Shown in pieces: positions 41,192 to 50,242 of a stretch of 64,000 bases of DNA (its first letter is position 1; each line of letters opens with the position of its first letter). The notes beneath the pieces are model-generated. The model saw nothing but the letters and a program-made list of their open reading frames with translations, was not told the DNA's origin and made no database searches. The DNA is from an uncultured Prochlorococcus sp. (GTDB lineage: Bacteria; Cyanobacteriota; Cyanobacteriia; PCC-6307; Cyanobiaceae). The position numbers and the translations under genes were made by a program. Location of the stretch: assembly GCA_902611225.1 (NCBI GenBank), contig CACLYZ010000003.1:13115-77114 (forward strand), in the 5' to 3' direction.

Positions 41192-41752
41192 ATGAATGCC
41201 AAGGATCTAAATATTAGTGAATATTCATCTTATATAGTCTTTATTACAGGGGGGACAAAGAGTGGCAAAAGTGAATTTGCCGAGCATCTTGCAAAGGAAG
41301 TAAAAAAATTATCATATGTTGCCTTATCTGATAACAATTTGGATGATAAAGAATGGCAAGATAAAATTAATCTTCATCAAAAAAGAAGGCCAAAAGATTG
41401 GAAATTAATAGAAACGACAGATCTATTAAATACATTAAGGAATGAAGAAGGTCCATTATTAATAGATTCGATTGGCGGATTCGTTATGAAAAGTATTGGC
41501 AAGGAACAAAATGAATGGTCAACAAAAATGAATTCACTTATAAGTCTCTTAAGGAAAAGAAAAAAAATAACAATTATTGTTGGAGAACAAGTAGGTTGGA
41601 GTCTTGTCTCTGAATATAAAATTGGCAATACTTATATTGAAAGAATTGGCGAACTTCAAAAGAGAATAACCAAAATATCAAAAGATAATTGGCTGGCAAT
41701 CAATGGCAGAGCAATAAAAATAGATGAAATAAGTATTGAAATACCTACTTAA
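41192..41752 (+). CDS. cobU: Adenosylcobinamide kinase/guanylyltransferase
   Basis: FITGGTKSGKSEFAE P-loop, HQKRRP, EQVGW. Confidence 0.9.
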   Translation: MNAKDLNISEYSSYIVFITGGTKSGKSEFAEHLAKEVKKLSYVALSDNNLDDKEWQDKINLHQKRRPKDWKLIETTDLLNTLRNEEGPLLIDSIGGFVMKSIGKEQNEWSTKMNSLISLLRKRKKITIIVGEQVGWSLVSEYKIGNTYIERIGELQKRITKISKDNWLAINGRAIKIDEISIEIPT

Positions 41753-41754
41753 AA

Positions 41755-42237
41755 TTGGAAGTCGCTCTTTTTGAACCTAGAATCCCACAAAATACTGGTA
41801 ATATTGCCAGATCATGTGCTGCATTTAATATACCTTTAAATCTTATAGAGCCCTTGGGTTTTAAACTAGAAGATAAATATTTAAAGAGAGCAGGACTAGA
41901 TTATTGGCCTCTAGTTACTGTTAATAAGTATGATAATTTTGAAAAATTTTTAACATCAAAATCAACAAAAAGAATAATTTCTTTTAGTAAAAAAAATGGA
42001 TTATACTTGAATGATTTTAAATTTAAGCAAGATGATATTTTGCTATTTGGGAGAGAAGATTCGGGATTACCAGATTCCATTATTAATAAAAGCGACTTTT
42101 TAATATCAATATTTATGCCGAATTTACAGAATGGAAACAATGATCAAAAAGGTGTTAGAAGTCTAAACCTTTCTGTAGCATGCGGAATTGCTATATATGA
42201 GGCCCACAAACAATTAAATTTTCAAAATGGTAATTAA
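41755..42237 (+). CDS. trmL: tRNA (cytidine(34)-2'-O)-methyltransferase
   Basis: EPRIPQNTGNIAR, KRAGLDYW, FGRED, RSLNLS. Confidence 0.93.
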   Translation: MEVALFEPRIPQNTGNIARSCAAFNIPLNLIEPLGFKLEDKYLKRAGLDYWPLVTVNKYDNFEKFLTSKSTKRIISFSKKNGLYLNDFKFKQDDILLFGREDSGLPDSIINKSDFLISIFMPNLQNGNNDQKGVRSLNLSVACGIAIYEAHKQLNFQNGN

Positions 42238-42266
42238 GTACAAGCAATGGCTTACAATATTCCCAT

Positions 42267-42340
<74 letters not shown>

Positions 42341-42407
42341 TTTTCAATACTTTTCAATTGAAGAACATAGGTTAAATTTTAATTTAATTAAACTATTAAA
42401 GACAATA

Positions 42408-42695
42408 ATGTTTAATTCACTCGGCACAGTCTTAGATACAAAGAAATCTAAAGCAAAATATCCAGAAGCAAGGGTTATAGTTCTTGATGACAATTTTAAT
42501 ACTTTTCGGCATGTCGCAAATTGTCTTCTAACAATAATCCCAAGCATAAGTGAACAAAGGGCATGGGATCTAACCATTAAAGTTGACAAGACAGGATCTG
42601 CAGAGGTGTGGAGAGGTAATCTTGAACAAGCAGAGCTATATCATGAGCAACTATTCAGCAAAGGATTAACAATGGCTCCAATTGAGAAAACATAA
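42408..42695 (+). CDS. clpS: ATP-dependent Clp protease adaptor ClpS
   Basis: VIVLDDNFNTF...V...AELY...GLT; start corrected to ATG 42408 because the longer ORF overlaps the tRNA. Confidence 0.9.
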   Translation: MFNSLGTVLDTKKSKAKYPEARVIVLDDNFNTFRHVANCLLTIIPSISEQRAWDLTIKVDKTGSAEVWRGNLEQAELYHEQLFSKGLTMAPIEKT

Positions 42696-42706
42696 AATAA
42701 GTAAGA

Positions 42707-42958
42707 TTGACAGAAAATTATTGGCTTATAAATTCGAATCGTTCAAGGGTTAAAAGGTTTTCAAAGAATAATCAAAATAAAGATAATTTTTTTGAATATA
42801 TGTTTATTGACTCTGGAAGAATCCTTGGTGTTTTAGGAAAAGAACCACCTCTTATGACAACCAGAGAAGAACTTAAAGTTGATAAAGCTAGAGATGAATG
42901 GAGAAAGTTAATCTCTCATGGTTGGAGGAGAACCAAACCAGTTTGGGAAGACTATTAG
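42707..42958 (+). CDS. DUF1651-like picocyanobacterial protein
   Basis: YWLIN...VKRF...PPLMTTRE...ARDEWRKLISHGWRR. Confidence 0.75.
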   Translation: MTENYWLINSNRSRVKRFSKNNQNKDNFFEYMFIDSGRILGVLGKEPPLMTTREELKVDKARDEWRKLISHGWRRTKPVWEDY

Positions 42959-43086
42959 TATCCAATATTGTTACTAGGATTAGTTATATAAATTATGAGA
43001 TTTAGGACGTAGTTAGCGGGTAAATTTAATGGCTTCAAAAGTAACAAAGCCATTCCTTGAGTCACATTAAATTCTTTATTTTTCAT
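42955..43086 (-). CDS. Putative 43-aa microprotein
   Basis: Manual translation MKNKEFNVTQGMALLLLKPLNLPANYVLNLIIYITNPSNNIGY; stop overlaps the neighbour's stop. Confidence 0.35.
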   Translation of the reverse strand: MKNKEFNVTQGMALLLLKPLNLPANYVLNLIIYITNPSNNIGY

Positions 43087-43311
43087 AAAAAAATAAAAGT
43101 CTCATTTTAATTATAAAAAGACTGTCAAATACAAACTAAAAATAATGAAAAAAAGATACACAAGCATTTATTGATTAAGGATTATCTAGATAACTAATAT
43201 CTAAAACTTATTTTAAAAAATTTTAGATTTAGGGTTACTTGTTATTTTTTTACAAAAAAATAAACGTTATAATCTAATAACCCCTACTATTTATCACTTA
43301 ATAAATACCCA

Positions 43312-43461
43312 ATGAAATATCTCATCATAAGCAAAAGATCAAGAGCTTTATTTGGTATTGGAATAGTTGCTATAAGTATTGGATTAATATCAAAAAAAGT
43401 AATTAACTATCCAACTGGAGGATGTATGAAAGGTAATCAAGAAATAACCTTTAATATCTAG
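43312..43461 (+). CDS. Putative 49-aa single-TM microprotein
   Basis: Manual translation MKYLIISKRSRALFGIGIVAISIGLISKKVINYPTGGCMKGNQEITFNI. Confidence 0.5.
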   Translation: MKYLIISKRSRALFGIGIVAISIGLISKKVINYPTGGCMKGNQEITFNI

Positions 43462-43484
43462 CCATTAATCATCTTACATTTTTA

Positions 43485-43874
43485 TTAATTCTTAAATCCA
43501 GTCAACTTGGATAACTCTTTTAGTGAAAGTACACCTAAAATTAGTTTTCCATTTATTTCCCATGTGGGAAACCCTTTAATTTTTTTATCAATACATAACT
43601 GAGTTTGACTGTTTATGCCATCTCTTGCACATTCAACCACATTAAGTTCTCTATAAGCTTGCTTACCAAATAATTCACTTTGATTAAGGCAATTAGGACA
43701 CCAATATGCTGAATATTTAACTACACCGTTATCTTTGAGGTATTTTGCCAACTCGATTGATTCCCTAGTGCTTTCTGAGGTGACTATAAGTTCTCTCTGA
43801 TTATTTAAGTGGGAGCTATTTACAACATTTGAAAAAGGAAGCAAAACTAATAGTTGGATTAATAGGTGTTTCAT
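43485..43874 (-). CDS. Exported thioredoxin-like protein (resembles the Trx domain fused to cyanobacterial VKOR)
   Basis: Signal-like N-terminus; YSAYWCPNC, VECA, CIDKKIKGFPTWEING. Confidence 0.8.
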   Translation of the reverse strand: MKHLLIQLLVLLPFSNVVNSSHLNNQRELIVTSESTRESIELAKYLKDNGVVKYSAYWCPNCLNQSELFGKQAYRELNVVECARDGINSQTQLCIDKKIKGFPTWEINGKLILGVLSLKELSKLTGFKN

Positions 43875-44023
43875 TTATTTACTACTTTTCCTCCATATTT
43901 TCTTACTAACTTATCAAGCAAAATTCGTATATCTTTATTTTTAAGTTTCTCTATTTGCTGAAGATTTTCAAGAAGATCACATATTTGATCCTGTGTATCT
44001 TCATTTAATTCACTTGCTGCCAT
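43871..44023 (-). CDS. 50-aa hypothetical protein
   Basis: Manual translation MAASELNEDTQDQICDLLENLQQIEKLKNKDIRILLDKLVRKYGGKVVNK; ATGA overlap with the downstream gene. Confidence 0.65.
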   Translation of the reverse strand: MAASELNEDTQDQICDLLENLQQIEKLKNKDIRILLDKLVRKYGGKVVNK

Positions 44024-44112
44024 TTATATTTAGAGTTTTTATATTCCAATTTTAAATCAAAAATAAATTTACATACTTAATTGTATTTATATTTTTTTAT
44101 TGCTATTTTTTT

Positions 44113-44163
44113 AAAGCGGGCTAAGGTTCATATCTCCACGAGGATTTAGTCCGCTTAATTTTT
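44113..44163 (+). ncRNA. Candidate small RNA (single GC-rich hairpin with U-rich tail)
   Basis: AAGCGGGCTAAG...TTTAGTCCGCTT stem with G-U pairs; TTGTAT-N17-TATTTT promoter-like sequence just upstream. Confidence 0.45.
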
Positions 44164-44278
44164 AAAGATTCAATTTATATTGGATCCTTCTTTAAGAAAT
44201 TGATTAGAAATATTAAAAAATATTTATCTCTGTTTAATTTTTAAATTCCATTGAAAAGCATTCTTATATAAATATTAA

Positions 44279-44290
44279 TAGTGTGACACT
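44279..44290. promoter_or_regulatory. Palindromic site TAGTGTGACACT (downstream copy)
   Basis: Identical 12-mer at 44671-44682; core AGTGT-G-ACACT is palindromic. Confidence 0.6.
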
Positions 44291-44292
44291 AT

Positions 44293-44658
44293 TTATTCAA
44301 TAATGTTGTTATTTCGCTTCATAACTTTCTTAAAATACTTAAACTCAATAAATTCATGCATCATTTTGATATCGTCAGATAATACTTTTTTATTAACTGC
44401 ATATTCGTCCACATTAAGTGAAGAACTATTATTTTCAGAAAATGTTTCGTGATCAAAAGAAAAGTTTATAAAATCCCTCTTATTAATCTTATTTTGACTA
44501 TAAGATTCATTTAACACCCCTCGAGACCGTAACGCTTCCTCAACCAATAAACCTGTGACTTTTGACTGACTAAAATCATTAGCTGTACACAATTTTTCAA
44601 TAATTCCATGCACTTCTTCACTTGGCAAAAAACCAATTCTTTTCCTCGGAGAGGGCAT
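44293..44658 (-). CDS. Putative ribbon-helix-helix DNA-binding protein
   Basis: RKRIGFLPSEEVHGIIEKLC...SQSKVTGLLVEEAL strand-helix-helix pattern. Confidence 0.7.
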   Translation of the reverse strand: MPSPRKRIGFLPSEEVHGIIEKLCTANDFSQSKVTGLLVEEALRSRGVLNESYSQNKINKRDFINFSFDHETFSENNSSSLNVDEYAVNKKVLSDDIKMMHEFIEFKYFKKVMKRNNNIIE

Positions 44659-44670
44659 AATAAAATAAAT

Positions 44671-44709
44671 TAGTGTGACACTTGCACATTATAAGTGTTG
44701 CACTATATT
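44671..44709. promoter_or_regulatory. Divergent promoter region with operator palindromes
   Basis: AGTGTGACACT (44672-44682) and AGTGTTGCACT (44694-44704); minus-strand TATAAT at 44688-44693; plus-strand TTGCAC-N16-TATATT. Confidence 0.6.
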
Positions 44710-44733
44710 TGATTTAAGTCAACTAATTTTGCT

Positions 44734-44886
44734 ATGCATATTTTATTATTTCCTGTCGGAATTATTCTTTGGTATCTAGCTTATGAAGCAAAACCTATCA
44801 TTAATGATGAAATAACACTTAATTGGGAAGAAAAAAATTCAATTAAAAGAAATAAACTTTTAAATATAATCAACGAAAGCTTTTAA
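44734..44886 (+). CDS. 50-aa protein with N-terminal TM segment
   Basis: Manual translation MHILLFPVGIILWYLAYEAKPIINDEITLNWEEKNSIKRNKLLNIINESF. Confidence 0.65.
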   Translation: MHILLFPVGIILWYLAYEAKPIINDEITLNWEEKNSIKRNKLLNIINESF

Positions 44887-45062
44887 AATTTACTGTTAAT
44901 CGATTTTGACCATTCCTTGTGCTTATTATCTAGATCTGAGATTAACTGTTTTTGATAAGTAAATTTGAGTTGATTTTCGTTAAGTGATTTTTTTGTAATA
45001 ATCATCTCTTTAGAGAAAAAATATGGAGTGTTAGAACTCCTAATTATTTTTTTGACTTGCAT
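44883..45062 (-). CDS. Putative 59-aa protein
   Basis: Manual translation MQVKKIIRSSNTPYFFSKEMIITKKSLNENQLKFTYQKQLISDLDNKHKEWSKSINSKF; stop overlaps the convergent gene. Confidence 0.45.
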   Translation of the reverse strand: MQVKKIIRSSNTPYFFSKEMIITKKSLNENQLKFTYQKQLISDLDNKHKEWSKSINSKF

Positions 45063-45224
45063 ATAATAAATTTATCTATTTTTTTTATATGACTTAAAAG
45101 GTTATAGTCTCAATATTTTTATATTCTTTTTATATTTCCTTCATATGTGTTTTTAGCACGTTTGTAAAAATTATTAGTTTATTAAATAATAAAGGCTATA
45201 TTTAAACAAAATATTTGTTTTATC

Positions 45225-45398
45225 ATGAATCTAAAGGAGAGAGGGATTACTGTTGGAGATTTACTAATAATACTAATAATAATAATCACTTCTACGGTTT
45301 TAATTAAATCATTTAGCAAGGATAAGAAAACAACACTGAATTATAGTAATCAAGAGCAAGTTTCCTGTAAGGGAAATTACTATCAAAAATTTATTTGA
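45225..45398 (+). CDS. 57-aa protein with prepilin-like N-terminus
   Basis: Manual translation MNLKERGITVGDLLIILIIIITSTVLIKSFSKDKKTTLNYSNQEQVSCKGNYYQKFI. Confidence 0.65.
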   Translation: MNLKERGITVGDLLIILIIIITSTVLIKSFSKDKKTTLNYSNQEQVSCKGNYYQKFI

Positions 45399-45538
45399 AT
45401 AGCTTATATAAATTATTTATAAAACTCTTAATTAATTGGAATTAACTATTAAGTATCTCTTATGTAAATTTCAAGAATTATTAATTATCAAAAAATGAGT
45501 TTTGTATTTTATGTATTTTAAATATTTTGATTAAATGA

Positions 45539-45694
45539 TTAAGAACTTTCCCATTTCAAGTTATCCTTTAAATCATTGATATCATTTGATATTGAAACTA
45601 AATTAACCATTTGAAGAATTTGACTTTTATTAAGCCTATTAATAACAATAAGTTTATTAAGCTTTTCTAAAACAGATTTATCATTAATATTCAT
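45539..45694 (-). CDS. 51-aa hypothetical protein
   Basis: Manual translation MNINDKSVLEKLNKLIVINRLNKSQILQMVNLVSISNDINDLKDNLKWESS. Confidence 0.6.
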   Translation of the reverse strand: MNINDKSVLEKLNKLIVINRLNKSQILQMVNLVSISNDINDLKDNLKWESS

Positions 45695-45879
45695 TATTTG
45701 GATAAAAAGCTATGATCCTTCAATTCAAATACTTTATACTAGAATTTTAAAAATTTCATTATATTTTTTATGCTAAATATAAAAAATATTTATAAAATTA
45801 TCAAAAATAAAACTTTTACTTATATGAAAATATCTTAAGCTCAGTTTCTTGTAAATTCGTTTATTGTATAAAGAAAAAA

Positions 45880-46050
45880 ATGAAAAAAAAATCCAAGAAA
45901 GATTACCTTAATAGAGATGAAGTTAATGAAATGATTGAATCAGCTTTAAGGAGACATAATAGAAGATCTACAATAATATCAAGCGTACTTGGCTGGATCT
46001 TAATAGGAGGTTATTCGTTTGGACTTTTTCAAGCAGTTCAAAATGTCTAA
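45880..46050 (+). CDS. 56-aa protein with C-terminal TM segment
   Basis: Manual translation MKKKSKKDYLNRDEVNEMIESALRRHNRRSTIISSVLGWILIGGYSFGLFQAVQNV. Confidence 0.7.
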   Translation: MKKKSKKDYLNRDEVNEMIESALRRHNRRSTIISSVLGWILIGGYSFGLFQAVQNV

Positions 46051-46113
46051 TTAATCTTTTCTTTAAATAAGAACTTCCTAAATGATAAATTAATATAAGA
46101 CTAATTATTTTTT

Positions 46114-46335
46114 ATGAGAGAATATATTAAGGCAAATCTTACAGTGATAAGAAAATATTTAAAAAAACGAAAAAAATATACATCAAAATTAAATAATGCT
46201 TCCATAATGGAAGAATTCAAAGAATGGAGCAAAGATCCATTACCTGAGACAGAATCAATATGGACTTTACCTGACTTAACGAGGAATGAAAGACTAAAAA
46301 ATTTTTGTCGCTCAATTAAGAAGGAAATAAGATAA
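46114..46335 (+). CDS. 73-aa basic hypothetical protein
   Basis: ORF track, ATG start. Confidence 0.6.
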   Translation: MREYIKANLTVIRKYLKKRKKYTSKLNNASIMEEFKEWSKDPLPETESIWTLPDLTRNERLKNFCRSIKKEIR

Positions 46336-46339
46336 GTTC

Positions 46340-46498
46340 TTAACTACCTAGTTGTATATGATTTACCTTTAAGTAAAAATAACCCGCAAATCCAACTATA
46401 TTCAAGATTACAACGAAAATCCAAGCTCCAATTGGCTGATTAGAATCAAATTTTTTTATTTTAACTTTTTCCTTTAGTCTTTCAATATATTTAGCCAT
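46340..46498 (-). CDS. 52-aa single-TM protein
   Basis: Manual translation MAKYIERLKEKVKIKKFDSNQPIGAWIFVVILNIVGFAGYFYLKVNHIQLGS. Confidence 0.65.
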   Translation of the reverse strand: MAKYIERLKEKVKIKKFDSNQPIGAWIFVVILNIVGFAGYFYLKVNHIQLGS

Positions 46499-46718
46499 AA
46501 TTAAAAATATTAAAAAGAATATTTCTAATTATATAGAGTTAAATTTTAAGGAATCTTAAATAAAATAAAATTTCTTTTAATGCGAATTTTTATTGTCAAG
46601 TCTGTTAATGGGATACTTAATTAACTCCTTTTTGAGATTTTTTAAAAGTTTATTGTGATTCAAAATTGTAAATTTCCTAGTAAAGGAATAATGCCATTTC
46701 ATTGAATTAAAAAAAAAC

Positions 46719-46748
46719 TTGCTAATTCATTATTATTAAAATTATAAT
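46719..46748 (+). promoter_or_regulatory. Sigma70-type promoter of the peroxiredoxin gene
   Basis: TTGCTA-N18-TATAAT about 50 bp upstream of the ATG. Confidence 0.45.
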
Positions 46749-46800
46749 ACTTATTACGGTCAAACAGACCATACATATTTTAAATAAGGACAAATTTTTC

Positions 46801-47385
46801 ATGAGCTTAAAAGTAGGCCAAGAAGCACCAGACTTTAGTGCTACAGCAGTATATGATCAAGAGTTTAAGGAGATTACACTTTCAGGTCTAAGAGGTAAAT
46901 GGGTTGTTCTATTCTTTTACCCACTAGATTTTACATTTGTATGTCCAACTGAAATCACAGCATTTAGTGATAGATACCAAGATTTCTCGGCACTTAATAC
47001 AGAAATACTTGGTGTATCAGTTGATAGCAAGCACTGTCATTTGGCTTGGATACAAACCCCAAGAAATGAAGGTGGTATAGGTGATATTAACTATCCGTTA
47101 GTTTCTGACTTAAAAAGAGAAATTTGCCAGGCTTACAATGTTCTAAATGATGATGGCGAGGCTGATAGAGGTTTATTTCTTATCAATCCCGAAGGAGTAG
47201 TTATGCATACGACTGTTAATAAGGCTCCTGTAGGTAGAAATGTTGATGAAACGCTAAGGATTCTTCAAGGCTATCAATACGTTGCGGCAAACCCCGATGA
47301 AGTGTGTCCAGCAAACTGGACCCCGGGGGAGAAAACTATGTTAGAGGACCCAAAAGGTAGTAAAGAATATTTTTCTGCGCTATAG
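46801..47385 (+). CDS. ahpC: 2-Cys peroxiredoxin (AhpC/TSA family)
   Basis: [13 protein letters not shown] and EVCPANW. Confidence 0.95.
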   Translation: MSLKVGQEAPDFSATAVYDQEFKEITLSGLRGKWVVLFFYPLDFTFVCPTEITAFSDRYQDFSALNTEILGVSVDSKHCHLAWIQTPRNEGGIGDINYPLVSDLKREICQAYNVLNDDGEADRGLFLINPEGVVMHTTVNKAPVGRNVDETLRILQGYQYVAANPDEVCPANWTPGEKTMLEDPKGSKEYFSAL

Positions 47386-47400
47386 GAGAATTAGAAACAT

Positions 47401-48153
47401 CTAAGTAAGTAATGAGTAGTAAATAATTATAAAAAAATAAAAAATAAATATATTCAAAAAGGGGATAACATCCCCTTTTTGAGGTTTGGGCACGATCCAA
47501 TCGCTCAAATTAGTTTTATATGATAAAAAGGACCACGTATAAAAAGAAATTTCTATTGCGACTAGGATAAAAAGATTAATTAAATTTAGGTCATTTAAAC
47601 CAAAATATCTATAAATATGAAACTGATCATCAACATTAATATTAATAATTTGAAGATGCCAAAGATAGAGAGAAATCAAAATAAAATTTACCAATATTAT
47701 TTTTTTTAAAAGAAACCTAGATTTCTTAAAAATTAATAGGATAGAAATTAAAAATATAAAAAAACATAACTCTGGAATATCCGGTTTTGGGACATTAATT
47801 CCTTCAAGAAATAAATTAATTATAAGATCAAAATTTATATATATATAATCAGCTATTAAGAAAGAGAGAAATATTAAATTAATTGCTACTAAGAATAATA
47901 ATCTTTTTCCTTTAATTATTTTTTTACTATGGATTTTATCCTCAGTAAAACTATAATCTGTATAGTTTTTTAAAGAGTTTAAATACACCAAAGATGGACA
48001 TATTGCTCCGCTCAAATAGTAAAGGATTAAATAAAAGGAAATATCATTAATATTGAGTGAATACAAATTAAACCATTGTTTTTGTACAAATGGAAGAATA
48101 AGTAAAAATGAAAGTGTAACTAATAACTTCGTTGTATTGTTTTTAATTATCAA
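47401..48153 (-). CDS. Hypothetical polytopic membrane protein
   Basis: Several hydrophobic segments; NLSDWIVP motif. Confidence 0.75.
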   Translation of the reverse strand: MIIKNNTTKLLVTLSFLLILPFVQKQWFNLYSLNINDISFYLILYYLSGAICPSLVYLNSLKNYTDYSFTEDKIHSKKIIKGKRLLFLVAINLIFLSFLIADYIYINFDLIINLFLEGINVPKPDIPELCFFIFLISILLIFKKSRFLLKKIILVNFILISLYLWHLQIININVDDQFHIYRYFGLNDLNLINLFILVAIEISFYTWSFLSYKTNLSDWIVPKPQKGDVIPFLNIFIFYFFIIIYYSLLT

Positions 48154-48185
48154 GAAAATATTTTTTTTAATTTAAAGCAATTAAA

Positions 48186-49940
48186 TCAAACTTTCAACAA
48201 TTTAGAAGTTGTTAATTTAAAAACTTTTTTATCTATAGTTTCTTGATTTAAAAGTATATCAACTAATTTATCTAGTAAGACTCTATTTTTTTTCAATATT
48301 TTTATTGAATTATTTAATGAAATTTTAGAAATATTTATGATTTCATTATCTATTTTAGAACTGGTATTTTCTGCTATGAGAGGCTTTCTTCTAAATAATC
48401 CATCTCCTAAATACATTTCATTATTATCAGAATCCATTGAAATTGGACCAATAATTGAAAATCCATATTTTGTAACCATTTCCCTTACGATATTTGTCGC
48501 ATAAGAGATATCATTTATGGAGCATTGTGTAATTTCACCTTCACCAAAAACTATCGTTTCTGCTGCTCTTCCAGCTAGAGCAATTTCAATTTTTGAAAAT
48601 AATAATTTTTTTGAAATCAATCCACTAGAAATTACATCTTCGTCAGGGCATATTTTTGTATATCCTCCTATAGATCCAGATCTAGGTAAAATCGTAATCT
48701 TATCAACTGATTCAATTCCATTTCTTACAGCAGATACAATTGCTCTACCTACTTCGTTATAAGCAATAATTTTTTTCATATTAGGAGAAGTTATTAATGA
48801 GCTTCTCAGGCCAATGGTAATTTTATCAAGAGCATTTTCTATATGAAGATCATTAATTAATTTAGATTCGTCTCTTGCACAGTGAATAGCACTCTCGTTC
48901 ATCAAGTTTGCAAGATCTGCTCCCGAAAATCCGACTGTTCTAGAAGCCCAATATCCTAAGTCGACCTCGCTTGAAAGTGGTTTGGAAAGTGAGTGAACTG
49001 AAAGAATTTTTTTTCTTCCATCTAAATCTGGAAGCATTACTTCAATTTTCCTATCAAATCTACCTGGTCTTAATAATGCTGCATCCAAAATATCTGGTCT
49101 ATTTGTTGCTGCTAAAACAATAATCCCAGAATTATCAGCAAAACCATCTAATTCAGTTAGAAGCTGATTAAGGGTTTGTTCTCTTTCATCATTTCCACCT
49201 CCGATACCAGACCCTCTTTGCCTACCAATAGAATCAATTTCATCAATAAAAATTATACAAGGAGATTTTTCCTTAGCCTTAGAGAACAGATCACGAACTC
49301 GGCTTGCTCCAACACCAACAAAAAGTTCTACAAACTCTGAAGCCGATATTGAGAGAAAAGGTACTCCTGATTCACCAGCAATTGCTTTAGCTAATAATGT
49401 TTTTCCTGTCCCTGGTGGGCCTATTAGAAGAACTCCCTTAGGAACTTTCGCTCCAAGATTTTCAAATTTCTTTGGTTCTTTCAAAAATGTTATTACCTCT
49501 TTTAATTCCTCTGCGGCTTCAGGGACGCCAGCTACATCATCGAATCTCGTTTCTACATCATCAATAGTTACAAATTTAGATTGATTTTTGGTAAAACCAA
49601 AAGCTCTGGAGGCCAATTTTGATGTACTCCTCAAGATTAAGACTATAGCTAATATGAAAATCAGGAAAAGACTAATTGAAGCGAATGAATTAGCAGCTGA
49701 GGCTTCTTTTCTACTATTGTTAATAGTTAGATCTACCTTATTTTCAGTAGCCTTTTCAAGGATTAATTGATCGTTGTAAAGGATAGGTATTTTAAATTTA
49801 TCTCCATTTTTATACAGAACATCAATTTCTCTCTGCCTTGGATAGAAAAATATTGATTCTATTTTCCCCGTCTCTATATCTTCTAGAAGATCCGAATAAC
49901 TTGATTTAGAATCTGAATATGAGAATTTTGATCTAAACAC
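48186..49940 (-). CDS. ftsH: FtsH-family AAA+ protein with degenerate zinc site
   Basis: [22 protein letters not shown]; AYNEVGRA in place of HExGH. Confidence 0.92.
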   Translation of the reverse strand: MFRSKFSYSDSKSSYSDLLEDIETGKIESIFFYPRQREIDVLYKNGDKFKIPILYNDQLILEKATENKVDLTINNSRKEASAANSFASISLFLIFILAIVLILRSTSKLASRAFGFTKNQSKFVTIDDVETRFDDVAGVPEAAEELKEVITFLKEPKKFENLGAKVPKGVLLIGPPGTGKTLLAKAIAGESGVPFLSISASEFVELFVGVGASRVRDLFSKAKEKSPCIIFIDEIDSIGRQRGSGIGGGNDEREQTLNQLLTELDGFADNSGIIVLAATNRPDILDAALLRPGRFDRKIEVMLPDLDGRKKILSVHSLSKPLSSEVDLGYWASRTVGFSGADLANLMNESAIHCARDESKLINDLHIENALDKITIGLRSSLITSPNMKKIIAYNEVGRAIVSAVRNGIESVDKITILPRSGSIGGYTKICPDEDVISSGLISKKLLFSKIEIALAGRAAETIVFGEGEITQCSINDISYATNIVREMVTKYGFSIIGPISMDSDNNEMYLGDGLFRRKPLIAENTSSKIDNEIINISKISLNNSIKILKKNRVLLDKLVDILLNQETIDKKVFKLTTSKLLKV

Positions 49941-50071
49941 TAATCTTTATAAGTGATTAATAAAGCATATATGCTTATTTAAAAAATTGACGTATATAAA
50001 CAAAATATACTCAAAAGTTTTGGAGATAACCAGTTAAAGGTTATATTATTATATGGAAATAAAGAAACAGA

Positions 50072-50239
50072 ATGGCTGTACCAAAGAAGAAAAAATCAAA
50101 GAGCAAAAGGAACCAAAGGCACGCTGTTTGGAAAGGAAAAGCAGCAATAGCGGCTCAAAAAGCTATATCTTTAGGTAAATCAGTTTTAACTGGGAAAGCT
50201 CAAGGATTTGTTTATCCTATTGAGGAAGAAGAAGAGTAG
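50072..50239 (+). CDS. rpmF: 50S ribosomal protein L32
   Basis: Manual translation [55 protein letters not shown]. Confidence 0.95.
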   Translation: MAVPKKKKSKSKRNQRHAVWKGKAAIAAQKAISLGKSVLTGKAQGFVYPIEEEEE

Positions 50240-50242
50240 CTT

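Noticed and set aside
44520-44527. CTCGAGAC match to the tRNA-Met 3' end (possible attR)
   Set aside because: Only 8 bp and inside a coding sequence; expected by chance
46733-46747. PerR-box-like TTATTAAAATTATAA over the ahpC -10
   Set aside because: Purely A/T match with two mismatches in very AT-rich DNA; cannot be distinguished from chance
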